From a virus (Duplodnaviria; Caudoviricetes), in the IMG/VR virus record IMGVR_UViG_3300032088_000039, positions 1-33,374 of that record: a stretch of 33,374 nt of DNA, one strand, 5' to 3'. The notes beneath the pieces were generated by a model. The model was not told the DNA's origin. It did no database searches and worked only from the letters and a program-made list of their open reading frames with translations. The number at the start of each line of letters is the position of its first letter. Within the stretch, counting starts at the first letter, position 1. Below are positions 18,256-28,442 of this stretch, one piece after another. The position numbers and the translations under genes were made by a program.

Positions 18256-21200
18256 ATGAAGGTTGTTGTTGGTACAAACACGATAGTCAAAAAAGTTACC
18301 GTTGGCACGCCGCTTAGAGTAGGTAACGCAGCGAATGGTAGTCTAACTGGATTAGATGATGTCAATGGTATAGTAAATCTTGGCCATGATACAATATTAC
18401 AGTACGACTCGGCTGCCGGTAAATTTAAACATGTATCGCCTGCAGCGCTTGCATCTGACGGCTTAACTGTTTCAGCCTCTGGTATGGGCTCACTGTCAGA
18501 AACTGGCGGTACGCTTACATATGTCGGACCGAGTGTCGACAGTGTTCGAGCGCTTTTTAATGTCACATACGATAGTAGTGCATTAGGAACACTTGTCAAA
18601 ACTGGTGGTACAACTCATTTAACTGGCCCTACGCCTAATCAAATCCGTGGCTTGTTTACAGCAGGCAATGACTTACAATATAATGCAGCAACAGGTGAAT
18701 TCTCTGTTACGGTTCCAAGTGGTTCGTCAGGGTTTGATAGTAACTTCAATGCGAAGTCTACAACAAATCTGCCGGAAGGCTCTAACCTATATTACACCGA
18801 CTCGCGTGGCCGAGCGGCAGTATCTGTTGTCGACGCCGGCGGATTTGGTTCGCTTGCGTATAATGCTGTTACCGGTGTTCTTACATACAATGGGCCAAGT
18901 GTTTCCGATATAAGATCTGGAATTAATGTTGGTGCGAATTTAGCATATGATTCTGCGACAGGCAAAATTACATTTACAGGTTCACTTGGCGGAACATTCG
19001 ATTCTGACAATGCGCGTAAGTCAATTAGTGTTGTTGATGCTGGTGGACAAGGTTCACTTGCATACAATAATGGCACTGGCCAAATCACTTATACTGGTGC
19101 GACCGATTCATCGACTCGTGGATTATTCTCTGCTACCGGTGATCTAACATATGATAACGGACAATTTGGATTTACCCAAAGAACTGATGCACAGGTTCGT
19201 GGATTACTAAATGCCGGTTCAGGAATAACGTATGACAATACGACTGGCCTAATTAGTGCAAGTGTTGGCACACACTATGCTGACTCAGACGCTCGTCATG
19301 CAGTAACAGTACAGGATCTTGGCGGACAAGGTTCGCTTTCATACAACAATAACACAGGTCAAATATCATACCAAGGAGCAAGCGACTCTGATACGCGTGG
19401 TTTGATTAGTGCGACTGGTGATATTACATATAATCAAAATACCGGTGTTATTAATTTTACACAAAAAACTGATGCACAAATACGAGGGTTGTTTAATGTC
19501 AGTGGGGACCTTGGTTACGATACTGGTACTGGTGTATTTTCTGTTGATCTCGGATCGGTGGATGTAACCGATTCTGCAGTTACTCGAGCGTTACTTTCTG
19601 TTACCAACGACGATGGTGATTACGGCTCACTTGCATACGATGCTGGCACAGGACAATTTGCCTTTACAAAGGTTACTGACTCTGATATAAGAGGATCTTT
19701 ATCTGCAGCCGGCGATTTGGCATACAATCAGACAACAGGCCAATTCAGTTATTCTAAACGAACAGATGCTGACATCCGCAGCTTGTTATCTGCATCTGGT
19801 GATCTAGCTTATAATTCTGGTACTGGTCAATTCAGTATCACAACAGGTGCACATTATCAAGACTCAAATGCCCGACATGCCATTAGCTTTAGGCACACTG
19901 CTGACTCAATTGCTAATGTCAATGAATATGGAACAGTAACGTACAACCAAGCAACTGGTGACGTCGTAATATACGGCACACGTGATTCTGATATTCGTGG
20001 ATCGATGAGCTTTGTTGATGCAGGTGGATTAGGCTCACTTGCATACAATGAAAATGAAGGTCGAGTTACATACACAGGACCAAGTAATACTGATATTGCC
20101 GGAACACTATCGGCTACGACCGATCCTCTCTCAATGGGTAAACTTACTCTTGATTCAAGCAAAGGACAGTTTACACTTAAGTTAGAAGACGATAGTGTCA
20201 GAGCTCTATTCAGTGTTACTTCAGATAACGAAGGCGGCTCGTCTCTAACATATGATTCTTCTACTGGTCAATTTGTATTCAGTGGCCCAAGCACCCTCGA
20301 TCTGCGTTCAAAGATTAGTGTTGTTGATGCTGGTGGTGACGGTTCTCTTACATATTTTGAATCGGGCGGTGTGTTTACATACACTGGCCCTAGTCCGGCC
20401 GAAGCGCGCGCTCACTTTACTGCTGGCCTTGGACTAGACTATAATCAGTCTACGGGCACATTTAGATTAGACAGTTCTGCTAACATTGTTACAGGCGGCA
20501 TTGTTACAAATGTTCTTGAAGTAAAAGATTCTGCACGGATCGATACTATTACATCGCGCAATAGTGGTGCTAATACATTAACCCTTACTGGCAGTAGTGT
20601 ACATCTTAAGACCACTGATGCCAGAATATTACTTGATACAGAGTTTTTACACACAACTGATAATAGAATTATTTTTAATGTCGACGATAGTGACATTACT
20701 AAAATTGATAATGGTGGTTTTGTTATTGGTGCAGGATCTAATGTTCAATTCTTTGTGTATAAATCTGCGACAAATCAATTTTTAAGTAGCGCTGGTTTAA
20801 GCGTACCAGACGGCGATATTACTGGTAAGACAATTGACTCGTTAAACAAACGAATCGATGAATTGCCTGATTCGGCCCAAACAAAAGCAATTTTTACGTC
20901 AGGTCCTGGTTTATCCTACGATAATACTAACGGCATATATCGAATTATATCTTCTGGCGTAACAGCTGGAACTTATGGTGATGCGACAAATGTTTCTCAA
21001 CTTACCGTAGATTCACTTGGTATTGTTACGGGTGCTGTCAACGTTCCTATATCAACAGTAACAAATAACACCTTTGATTCTGCAACTGGTCAGTTAACAA
21101 TTACTACGGCAACAGATAGTTTCAACGCATCTATCACATTAGACCCATTTACTACAAATACTCTGGCCGAAGGTCCTAATAATCTATATTATACTCGCAG

Positions 21201-22353
21201 CAGATTTGATAGTGCATTAGATGATAGTACGTCTGAAACAAGAATACGTCAATATTTTAGAACAGATCTTGCATCTGATTCATCTCGCCAACAAGTAAGA
21301 AAATATATTAACGTTGGCCCAAGCCTGTCATATGATTCGGCGACAGGTAAGCTAACAACTAATCAGGCGCTTGACTCAAATAGCAATGTGCGCTTCCAGA
21401 ATATTGTTCAGACCGGACAGTTACAAGGTCCGGCAGAGTTTATAATCGATCCGGCAGCTATTGGTGATAATACTGGTACTGTTAAGATTCTTGGTAACCT
21501 TCAAGTCGAAGGTGTACAAACGATTATTAATTCTACTACGGTTTCTGTCAATGACAAAAACATTGTATTGGGTGACTCAGCCGCCGATTCATCTGCGCTA
21601 CATGGAGCAGGAATTACGCTAGGCGGAACAAATATTGTAGACAAACCATCGTTTACATATTCTCATGCTGGACAAAGATTTGTATTTAATCGTAACATTC
21701 AGGCTGACAGCTTTTATGGTGACGTAACAGGCAATGTGACTGGTGATGTTACAGGTAACGTGACTGGTGATGTTGTAGGTGATCTCACTGGAAACGTCAC
21801 AGGTCAAGTATCTGATATATCAAATCATACCACAACAGATTTAGCCGAAGGCAACAATAAATACTTTACGATACCCCGAGCTCGCAATGCAATACAAGCC
21901 GTTGATGCTGGCGGCGACGGTTCGTTCATATATGATTCTTCGACCGGGACAATGACCTACACAGGTCCTAGTCCGACTGAAGTTCGAGCACACGTATCTT
22001 TAGTTGATAATGGTGGTGATGGCGAAATGTCGTATGACGCCGCAACCGGTATTATATCATATACAGGACCGTCAGAAGCTGAATGGTATCAACACTTTGT
22101 AGATAACGCAGATAGCCTTGGCGATATGGTTTGGGATTCAAATTATGGCACAAAGGGTGGACTGCGGTTACACGAGCGTCATATACTTGGTTTACAAGAA
22201 ACAGGCGTAGATTCGTTTGTTGCAGCCCAAGAATTTATAATGTACTATAGTGGAACAGCAGGCAGTTTACGAAAATTAAATCTTAACACATTTAGCTCTC
22301 TGGTTGGCGGAGGCGGAGGCGGCTCAAAATTGTTTGGTTTTATAAATTTATAG
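18256..22353 (+). CDS. Long tail fibre-like protein with degenerate beta repeats
   Basis: AAGGA SD. 1365 aa, G/S/T/D-rich, with repeats SVVDAGGxGSLAYNxxTGxxTYTG and RxxxSAxGDLxY, three TxxLxEGxxNxY motifs, a GNLQVEG..TIINSTTVSVNDKNIVL motif and a G(D/N)VT tetrapeptide run. Confidence 0.8.
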   Translation: MKVVVGTNTIVKKVTVGTPLRVGNAANGSLTGLDDVNGIVNLGHDTILQYDSAAGKFKHVSPAALASDGLTVSASGMGSLSETGGTLTYVGPSVDSVRALFNVTYDSSALGTLVKTGGTTHLTGPTPNQIRGLFTAGNDLQYNAATGEFSVTVPSGSSGFDSNFNAKSTTNLPEGSNLYYTDSRGRAAVSVVDAGGFGSLAYNAVTGVLTYNGPSVSDIRSGINVGANLAYDSATGKITFTGSLGGTFDSDNARKSISVVDAGGQGSLAYNNGTGQITYTGATDSSTRGLFSATGDLTYDNGQFGFTQRTDAQVRGLLNAGSGITYDNTTGLISASVGTHYADSDARHAVTVQDLGGQGSLSYNNNTGQISYQGASDSDTRGLISATGDITYNQNTGVINFTQKTDAQIRGLFNVSGDLGYDTGTGVFSVDLGSVDVTDSAVTRALLSVTNDDGDYGSLAYDAGTGQFAFTKVTDSDIRGSLSAAGDLAYNQTTGQFSYSKRTDADIRSLLSASGDLAYNSGTGQFSITTGAHYQDSNARHAISFRHTADSIANVNEYGTVTYNQATGDVVIYGTRDSDIRGSMSFVDAGGLGSLAYNENEGRVTYTGPSNTDIAGTLSATTDPLSMGKLTLDSSKGQFTLKLEDDSVRALFSVTSDNEGGSSLTYDSSTGQFVFSGPSTLDLRSKISVVDAGGDGSLTYFESGGVFTYTGPSPAEARAHFTAGLGLDYNQSTGTFRLDSSANIVTGGIVTNVLEVKDSARIDTITSRNSGANTLTLTGSSVHLKTTDARILLDTEFLHTTDNRIIFNVDDSDITKIDNGGFVIGAGSNVQFFVYKSATNQFLSSAGLSVPDGDITGKTIDSLNKRIDELPDSAQTKAIFTSGPGLSYDNTNGIYRIISSGVTAGTYGDATNVSQLTVDSLGIVTGAVNVPISTVTNNTFDSATGQLTITTATDSFNASITLDPFTTNTLAEGPNNLYYTRSRFDSALDDSTSETRIRQYFRTDLASDSSRQQVRKYINVGPSLSYDSATGKLTTNQALDSNSNVRFQNIVQTGQLQGPAEFIIDPAAIGDNTGTVKILGNLQVEGVQTIINSTTVSVNDKNIVLGDSAADSSALHGAGITLGGTNIVDKPSFTYSHAGQRFVFNRNIQADSFYGDVTGNVTGDVTGNVTGDVVGDLTGNVTGQVSDISNHTTTDLAEGNNKYFTIPRARNAIQAVDAGGDGSFIYDSSTGTMTYTGPSPTEVRAHVSLVDNGGDGEMSYDAATGIISYTGPSEAEWYQHFVDNADSLGDMVWDSNYGTKGGLRLHERHILGLQETGVDSFVAAQEFIMYYSGTAGSLRKLNLNTFSSLVGGGGGGSKLFGFINL
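21718..21810 (+). repeat. 12-bp in-frame repeat encoding G(D/N)VT tetrapeptides
   Basis: GDVTGNVTGDVTGNVTGDVVGDLTGNVTGQV; degenerate at DNA level. Confidence 0.8.
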
Positions 22354-22366
22354 AGCATTTTAAAAG

Positions 22367-22374
22367 TATAAATA
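22367..22374 (+). promoter_or_regulatory. T4-type late promoter TATAAATA
   Basis: Exact motif in the intergenic gap 22354-22405. Confidence 0.85.
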
Positions 22375-22405
22375 AGATGAAGAAGTTAATAGTTTTGGAT
22401 AAACA

Positions 22406-22738
22406 ATGGCCGCAACATTTGGAAATGGACTAGCTACAGTCGGAAGTACAGAGACAACTTTGTACACCGCGCCAGCTGGTTTGTCAGGATTACATTTGGT
22501 CGTAGGCTTTATTGCTACAAACATATTTGGCTCTGCCTTGCCTATTACTGTTAAGCTAGTGCGTGGATCAGATACAATATATTTGGCGCATGATCGTAGA
22601 GTTTTGCCAAACGACACCATTGACATTTTGATGGGAACTAAAATAACGCTCATTGATGGCGATCTTATCAAAGTCAAAGCACCACTAGACAATGCCTTCA
22701 GCGTATTTCTAACTGTAACTGAGGAAGTGCTAACATGA
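22406..22738 (+). CDS. Small putative virion protein
   Basis: 110 aa with TTLYTAPAG..ATNI..VKL..L..GDLIKV pattern typical of small beta-sandwich phage structural proteins. Downstream of a late promoter. Confidence 0.65.
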   Translation: MAATFGNGLATVGSTETTLYTAPAGLSGLHLVVGFIATNIFGSALPITVKLVRGSDTIYLAHDRRVLPNDTIDILMGTKITLIDGDLIKVKAPLDNAFSVFLTVTEEVLT

Positions 22739-23043
22739 GCGGAGAATATGGAAGAGATAATGTTGGCGGCATTTACACAGGCAACGCTTTTCACGATAAG
22801 ACATTTTATGGGTTTAAAGTAGATAGCATCGGAAATTTTAATTGTACAATAATTAGAAGCAATGATAGCGACGTTATAAACCTACCACAAACAACAGCGC
22901 CGTCGGGGCTTGACTCAGCGGCGGATTCACTTAATGCAAAATTTGCACACCCTGATGACTACAAGGTACATTTTTGGTCAATGGACGCAATTACATTTAG
23001 ATTTAATAACTCGACCGGCCACCTTGAAATGGTCAGGTATTAA
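22735..23043 (+). CDS. Hypothetical phage protein
   Basis: ATGA overlap with the upstream gene and GAGGA SD. TFYGFKVD..G and FRFN..TGHLEM motifs. Confidence 0.6.
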   Translation: MSGEYGRDNVGGIYTGNAFHDKTFYGFKVDSIGNFNCTIIRSNDSDVINLPQTTAPSGLDSAADSLNAKFAHPDDYKVHFWSMDAITFRFNNSTGHLEMVRY

Positions 23044-23064
23044 TGATCCGGAGATAACAGTCCT

Positions 23065-26000
23065 ATGGCAACAATAATCGACTTAGGTAAAATCAGATTT
23101 GACTTTAAAGGCGTTTACGCAGGTGGTATTACCTACGAAGTAAACGACGTTGTCAAGTATGGTGGTAACTTGTACGTGTACACGTACGGCATTGCAACAT
23201 CAGGAAACGTTCCTACCAATACGACATATTGGGATCTAATGATGGAAGGCTTCAACTTTGAAGGCATCTTCGATACAGGAACAACGTATAACATCGGTGA
23301 TGCGTTTTCGCATGGTGGTATTGTGTATATCGTTACAGCAAATACTGTTGTCGGCCAAACACCGCCTAACGCATCTTATTACTCGACATTTGTCGATGGT
23401 CTTCAGTTTGAAGGTACATGGGATGTAGGTACGGCGTACCAAAAAGCAGACCTTGTAACTTATGGCGGTAAATCTTATATTGCGCTTCAAGATACAACCG
23501 GCGATATTCCTTCGTCGTCTGGTACGCAGTGGGACATCTTTGCTGACGGCATTGGCATACTTGGGACTTGGCAAGCAGCTACGGCTTATATCAAAAATGA
23601 TGTTGTCACTTATGGTGGCTCAACATATCGCGCGCTGCAGGATGTAGCGCAGAACATCAAGCCTTCGGCAGGTTCACCCAATTGGGGAACATTTGTCACT
23701 GGCTTTGACCTTAAAGATTCATTTGACTCAGCAACAGCATATGTAAAAGACGACATTGTTCTTTTCGGTGCAAACTTATTTAGAGCTAAAGGCGATGTGA
23801 CAGGTGTTCATCCAATGAATACAGTCAGCTGGGCACCTTTCCTAAGTGGCTTCTCTTATGTCGGTGCTTATGACGCAGCACGCAAATATTTTATTGGTGA
23901 AATCGTTTTACACGGCGGCAATTTATATCAGGCCAAACTACCTTCAACTGGATCTGAACCAAGTGGTACAGCTGCGGCCTGGGAAATTATTGCTACAGGA
24001 TTTACTGCAAAAGGTGATTGGGCAACTGGTACAGTGTATGCACCTGGTGACATTGTCAAGCATGGTGGATCTGCTTATGTTGTTGAAACATATCATACCG
24101 CTGCAGCGGCCTTTGCAACAGATTTAGCAGCTAACCGTGTAGCAGAATTTGTTTCTGGCGTTAAAAACCGAGGAACATGGTCAGCTGGTGCAGATTATAT
24201 TGTCAACGATATGGTTATCAGTGGCAACTCTTCTTACATCGCGCTCACTACTCATACATCAACAGCCAACTTTAGCACAGACTTAGGTAACGGTAACTGG
24301 CAGGTGTTTGCTGCTGGCGGTGGCGGTGTGCTTCCGACTGTTGGTGGTTCTGACGTTGGTAAATCACTTGTCGTTAAAGGCGATGGCACAGGTTACGAGC
24401 TCGATTATGTCGATAACTCACCCAACACATATTACGTCGCACACGGCGGTGTCGATGCAACAGATGCTGGTAAATCGGCTCAACGGCCATTTGCTACAAT
24501 ACAATATTGTATGACACAGATTGCTGCAGAAAAAACTGCAGACTCATCGGCGCAGGTGTTTATTAAAGACGGCGTGTATAGAGAATCATTACCTATCACC
24601 GTGCCTTCGGATACAACAGTATTTGGTGATGGTCAGCGTAATACTACGATTGAACCGGCCGCAGGTGACTCAAACAAAACCATGTTCTTTGTGAACGATG
24701 GTGTTCTAATGAAAGAACTTAAGCTTCAGGGCTTAACTGGATTTGCACTCGATTCTGCTAACGGTGAGCCTGACAATATTGAAAAGGCAACGATCGGTGG
24801 TGTCTTCCTTCGCCTTGATCCTACTGCGGTTATTAATAAATCACCGTATATTAAAGAATGTTCTGCCTTTTCTACAGGCGGTGTTGGTGTTCTTATTGAT
24901 GGCGGATTGAACTCTAATCCGGCCAATAACGGTTCAATGGTCTTTCACACATTTACTCAAATCCACTCAGGTGGCGTTGGTTTCTGGGTGCGCCGGAACG
25001 GTAAAGCTGAAATTGTATCATGCTTTACATACTATTGCGACTTTGGTTATGCCACATCTGGCGGCGGTCAAATCCGTGCGTTGAACGGCAATAACTCTTA
25101 TGGTACATACGGAACAGTATCGTCGGGCAATGATTCAAGCGAAGTAACTCTTAACGGTTCTGTTCGTGGTTATAATCTTGATTATCAAGATGGTTCGCTT
25201 AAAAATGGTGAGTTTACAAAGGGCGGTATCGTTGCTGCAGTAAACAGAACATTTGCTCTTAACACAATCGCTAAAACGAGCCCAGCTCGTGCTACCACAG
25301 TAGCTCCACATGGGATGACAGATGGTGCTCTTGTTTCCTTTAACACACTCTTGCCAGCATCTTGGTCGAGCTCAGCTAATGCGACAAGCTATTATGCTGA
25401 TGTTCAGGACTCATACTCGTTTGATCTCTATACAAACACGGCTCTCTCAAATCCGGCGAGTGGAGAAGCATGGGGTGGACGGCATGTAACAAACACGTCT
25501 ATAACAGATATTACTCGTTCAAACCCAATGACAACAACAGTTGCCTCACACACACTCGATTCATACGACCTTATTCGTATCCAAGGTGTCGGCGGCATGA
25601 CGCAAGTTAATGACCAATACTTCCTTGTTATGGATCATAGTTCGTCTATTATTAAATTTAAAGAAGCTGAAAATAACTATATCGCGGTTGCGACAAATGG
25701 CAGCAACGCGGCTGTAATTACCGGTGTAGCTGGTGGAGTTACTCATGCTGCTGCAGTTGAACCTACTTTGTCACTTTACAAAGGTTCTCGTTACTACTTT
25801 GATATTGATTCGTCAAACGGCAATGGCTTCTATCTCACGACAAGTGATCCAGCGTCAGTCACGCCTTCACTATCTTATACAGGCGAATATACAACCGGCG
25901 TTACTGGTTCGCGCGCCGTTAAAGGTGGAAGGCTTGCTATTACAATCGATAGCTCGGCTCCGGCTACTTTGTATTATGCCAACTCTGGTAACGTGCTAGC

Positions 26001-27045
26001 GGCTGGTACAATTAATATTGCCGCTCCAGGCGATGTAGATGCTACATCATATTCTGTATATACGTCTGGCGGCCAATTGCGTAAAACAGATTCAGGCGAT
26101 GCTCTTATATCAGGCAATATGTCTAGAATTGGTTCCAAAGCGCTGATTGTAGATCACCAGCCCGGCGCCAACAAACTTATCATTGATAACATTATTGGCA
26201 CTGGTTTTCAAGATGGCGACTCTATTAACGATTCAGGTAATGCTTCTAATGTATATGCAAAGCTTTCGGTATCTGATGCTGCGCACGACCAATTTGGTTA
26301 CACAATGGCGTTTACCGGCCTAACTGGCGCTAGACCAAAAACTGGTGGCTCTGTACAGTTCATAGCTAACCTTGGTGATTCTGGCTACGACTCGGTAGGA
26401 TCTTACGTGATTCAAACTGTTGGCGATTATGATTCATCAACAGGCAATGCACTTCTTGTATTTGCTCAACAAAAGGCAGATACACGTAAAGCACCTAAAG
26501 GACAGCAGGTAAAAATTCGTTATAAATACTCACAAGCTAGACTTACTGGTCATGACTTCCTGAATATTGGTTTTGGTAACAAAACTCAGACCAATTATCC
26601 TGGCACACCTTCACTCGCTGCAGCGCAGGGTAATGAGGTTGTTGAACGAGATACTGGCCGTGTGTACTTTGTGTCAACTGACCAATCTGGTAATTTTAGA
26701 GTAGGTAACTACTTCCGGATCGATCAGGCGACAGGCCGAGCAACATTGGACGCCTCAGCGTTTGACCTTTCTGGTCTAACATCTCTGAGACTTGGTTCGA
26801 TTGGTGCTCAGTTAGGTGAAGCAATTAACGAATTCTCGGCCGATGGTTCATTGGCAGGTAATTCAAACTTGGCTGTTCCTACAGAACAGGCCGTAAAAAC
26901 ATATGTTGATGCTCAACTTGAAATTGCATCTACAAAATCATTGCCAAAAACCGCTAAAGGTGGCGACTTAGCAACAGAACAATATATTGGATTTAGTATC
27001 CACGACTTAACAAAATTAACCGCAAAAGGCGTCGACAAGGCGTAA
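23065..27045 (+). CDS. Multi-domain tail fibre/spike: N-terminal aromatic repeats, pectin-lyase-like beta-helix, conserved fibre C-terminus
   Basis: GGAG SD. About nine F.G.W....Y..(N/G)D.V..GG..Y.A repeats (aa ~1-420), then YYVAHGGVD..GKSAQRPFATIQ..IKDGVYRESLPITVP..VFGDG beta-helix entry, SPYIKECS, FTQIHSGGVG and AEIVSCFTYYC. C-terminal RLTGHDFLNIG, GRVYFVSTDQSGNFRVG and AVPTEQAVKTYVD. Confidence 0.8.
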   Translation: MATIIDLGKIRFDFKGVYAGGITYEVNDVVKYGGNLYVYTYGIATSGNVPTNTTYWDLMMEGFNFEGIFDTGTTYNIGDAFSHGGIVYIVTANTVVGQTPPNASYYSTFVDGLQFEGTWDVGTAYQKADLVTYGGKSYIALQDTTGDIPSSSGTQWDIFADGIGILGTWQAATAYIKNDVVTYGGSTYRALQDVAQNIKPSAGSPNWGTFVTGFDLKDSFDSATAYVKDDIVLFGANLFRAKGDVTGVHPMNTVSWAPFLSGFSYVGAYDAARKYFIGEIVLHGGNLYQAKLPSTGSEPSGTAAAWEIIATGFTAKGDWATGTVYAPGDIVKHGGSAYVVETYHTAAAAFATDLAANRVAEFVSGVKNRGTWSAGADYIVNDMVISGNSSYIALTTHTSTANFSTDLGNGNWQVFAAGGGGVLPTVGGSDVGKSLVVKGDGTGYELDYVDNSPNTYYVAHGGVDATDAGKSAQRPFATIQYCMTQIAAEKTADSSAQVFIKDGVYRESLPITVPSDTTVFGDGQRNTTIEPAAGDSNKTMFFVNDGVLMKELKLQGLTGFALDSANGEPDNIEKATIGGVFLRLDPTAVINKSPYIKECSAFSTGGVGVLIDGGLNSNPANNGSMVFHTFTQIHSGGVGFWVRRNGKAEIVSCFTYYCDFGYATSGGGQIRALNGNNSYGTYGTVSSGNDSSEVTLNGSVRGYNLDYQDGSLKNGEFTKGGIVAAVNRTFALNTIAKTSPARATTVAPHGMTDGALVSFNTLLPASWSSSANATSYYADVQDSYSFDLYTNTALSNPASGEAWGGRHVTNTSITDITRSNPMTTTVASHTLDSYDLIRIQGVGGMTQVNDQYFLVMDHSSSIIKFKEAENNYIAVATNGSNAAVITGVAGGVTHAAAVEPTLSLYKGSRYYFDIDSSNGNGFYLTTSDPASVTPSLSYTGEYTTGVTGSRAVKGGRLAITIDSSAPATLYYANSGNVLAAGTINIAAPGDVDATSYSVYTSGGQLRKTDSGDALISGNMSRIGSKALIVDHQPGANKLIIDNIIGTGFQDGDSINDSGNASNVYAKLSVSDAAHDQFGYTMAFTGLTGARPKTGGSVQFIANLGDSGYDSVGSYVIQTVGDYDSSTGNALLVFAQQKADTRKAPKGQQVKIRYKYSQARLTGHDFLNIGFGNKTQTNYPGTPSLAAAQGNEVVERDTGRVYFVSTDQSGNFRVGNYFRIDQATGRATLDASAFDLSGLTSLRLGSIGAQLGEAINEFSADGSLAGNSNLAVPTEQAVKTYVDAQLEIASTKSLPKTAKGGDLATEQYIGFSIHDLTKLTAKGVDKA

Positions 27046-27066
27046 ACGCGAAAGAGGAATTAAAAA

Positions 27067-27492
27067 ATGGCAAGCATTGATACTGTACGTAACGCTCTTT
27101 TAGATAAGATCAACACGTCTATCGCATCAGCAACACCAGAGCAGTTAGCTTATCTTACAAAGGCTGCAAATGGTATTGAACAATCAACAACGTGGTCAAC
27201 AGACGCAGTCAACTTTGATGCTGACAGTTATGGCGGACACTTTGTCAATACAGGTTCGGCTGCAATAACTGCATCTCTACCTTCAGTAGGAGGCAATGTC
27301 GCAGGCGACGGTAAAATTACCTTTGTTGACGTAGCTCAAAGTTTTGCAACAAACAACTTTACTATTTCTCCGGCAACAGGTGAAAAAATTCTTGGTCAAG
27401 ATAGTGATATCTTAATTAACACCCAAGGTATTGCTGTTCAAATCGTATGGTCTGGTGATACTTACGGATGGCAGTTCGTAGTACAAGGCTAA
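27067..27492 (+). CDS. Small fibre-associated/adaptor protein
   Basis: GAGGA SD. FVNTGSAAITASLPS..ITFVD..FATNNFTI..GEKILG..GW is a module commonly found in phage fibre proteins. Confidence 0.65.
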   Translation: MASIDTVRNALLDKINTSIASATPEQLAYLTKAANGIEQSTTWSTDAVNFDADSYGGHFVNTGSAAITASLPSVGGNVAGDGKITFVDVAQSFATNNFTISPATGEKILGQDSDILINTQGIAVQIVWSGDTYGWQFVVQG

Positions 27493-27521
27493 ATAGTAAG
27501 AACTAAAATACGGGTATTGAT

Positions 27522-28433
27522 ATGGTCAAAAAATTAACACAGTATGTGAAAACAATAGGTTCACAAAAGGCTGGCAATCCTAATCAAGGTGTATGGGAAT
27601 TTGCGCAGTCTTTAGACCAGAACCGAGGGGTAAATGCTTCGGTTGAGCATTCATCAACCATTTGGTGTGTTCCTACTGGCATATCTGAAGCTCGTTTTGA
27701 AATCTGGGGAGCCGGAGGACAACCTGGCGGGGCTGAAAGTTGCTGCGGCATTGGTCCGCCATCAAGTTCTGGTGCCTATGCCTATAAAAAGATAGGCGTA
27801 ACTCCGGGCCAATGTTATAACGTTTATGCTGGAGTTTCATATTGCGCGACGCCGTGCCGTTGTGGCGGCTGCGCAATGACAGCCGGCCAAAGTGAACCAT
27901 GTCATGTGAGGTATAATACCTTTGTAACAGGCTCTGGCCTAACAAACTTTTGTGCAGAACATGGTAACCATTCGTGCTATATCACGTGTGGCAGTGCGGC
28001 TACTGGTGAATGGGAAGCCGTGACAGGCGTTGATAGCGATACAACGTTCTTATGGAATGATTCTGAAAACGCCCCGCAGGCTCAATACTATGGAGCAGAT
28101 GGTGGTACGATTGGAATTAACGGATATGCGTTTACAAACAAACAAGGTAATCCAAAAACAACTGGTGAATTTTGCTCATGGCGGTGGGCTGTTCCTTATC
28201 CGGGTGGGCTAGTTACTAAACAAGGTGGTCACTATATCGCTCAAGCGTGTTGTAACCAATCTGGCTGTATGGGTATGTATTTTAATCATACATTTGGTTA
28301 TGGCGGTGGCAACCGTAGCACTGGAGGCGCATACGCTGCAGGTGCTGGACAGCCCAGTGCAATGTCTTGTGGCGGCAACACCAACTGCGCCGCGGTGAAC
28401 AACCACGGTCGTGTCAGAATTACTTATACTTAG
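27522..28433 (+). CDS. Cys/Gly-rich virion-associated paralogue 1 (type A)
   Basis: WCVPTGISEARFEIWGAGG, SGAYAYKKI, GLTNFCAE, YYGADGG, PYPGG, GRVRITY; about 18 Cys by manual count. Confidence 0.75.
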   Translation: MVKKLTQYVKTIGSQKAGNPNQGVWEFAQSLDQNRGVNASVEHSSTIWCVPTGISEARFEIWGAGGQPGGAESCCGIGPPSSSGAYAYKKIGVTPGQCYNVYAGVSYCATPCRCGGCAMTAGQSEPCHVRYNTFVTGSGLTNFCAEHGNHSCYITCGSAATGEWEAVTGVDSDTTFLWNDSENAPQAQYYGADGGTIGINGYAFTNKQGNPKTTGEFCSWRWAVPYPGGLVTKQGGHYIAQACCNQSGCMGMYFNHTFGYGGGNRSTGGAYAAGAGQPSAMSCGGNTNCAAVNNHGRVRITYT

Positions 28434-28442
28434 GAATTAAAA

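Noticed and set aside
27040-27050. Small hairpin gcgt-aa-acgc after the spike stop codon as a terminator
   Set aside because: Stem is too short and has no U-tract.
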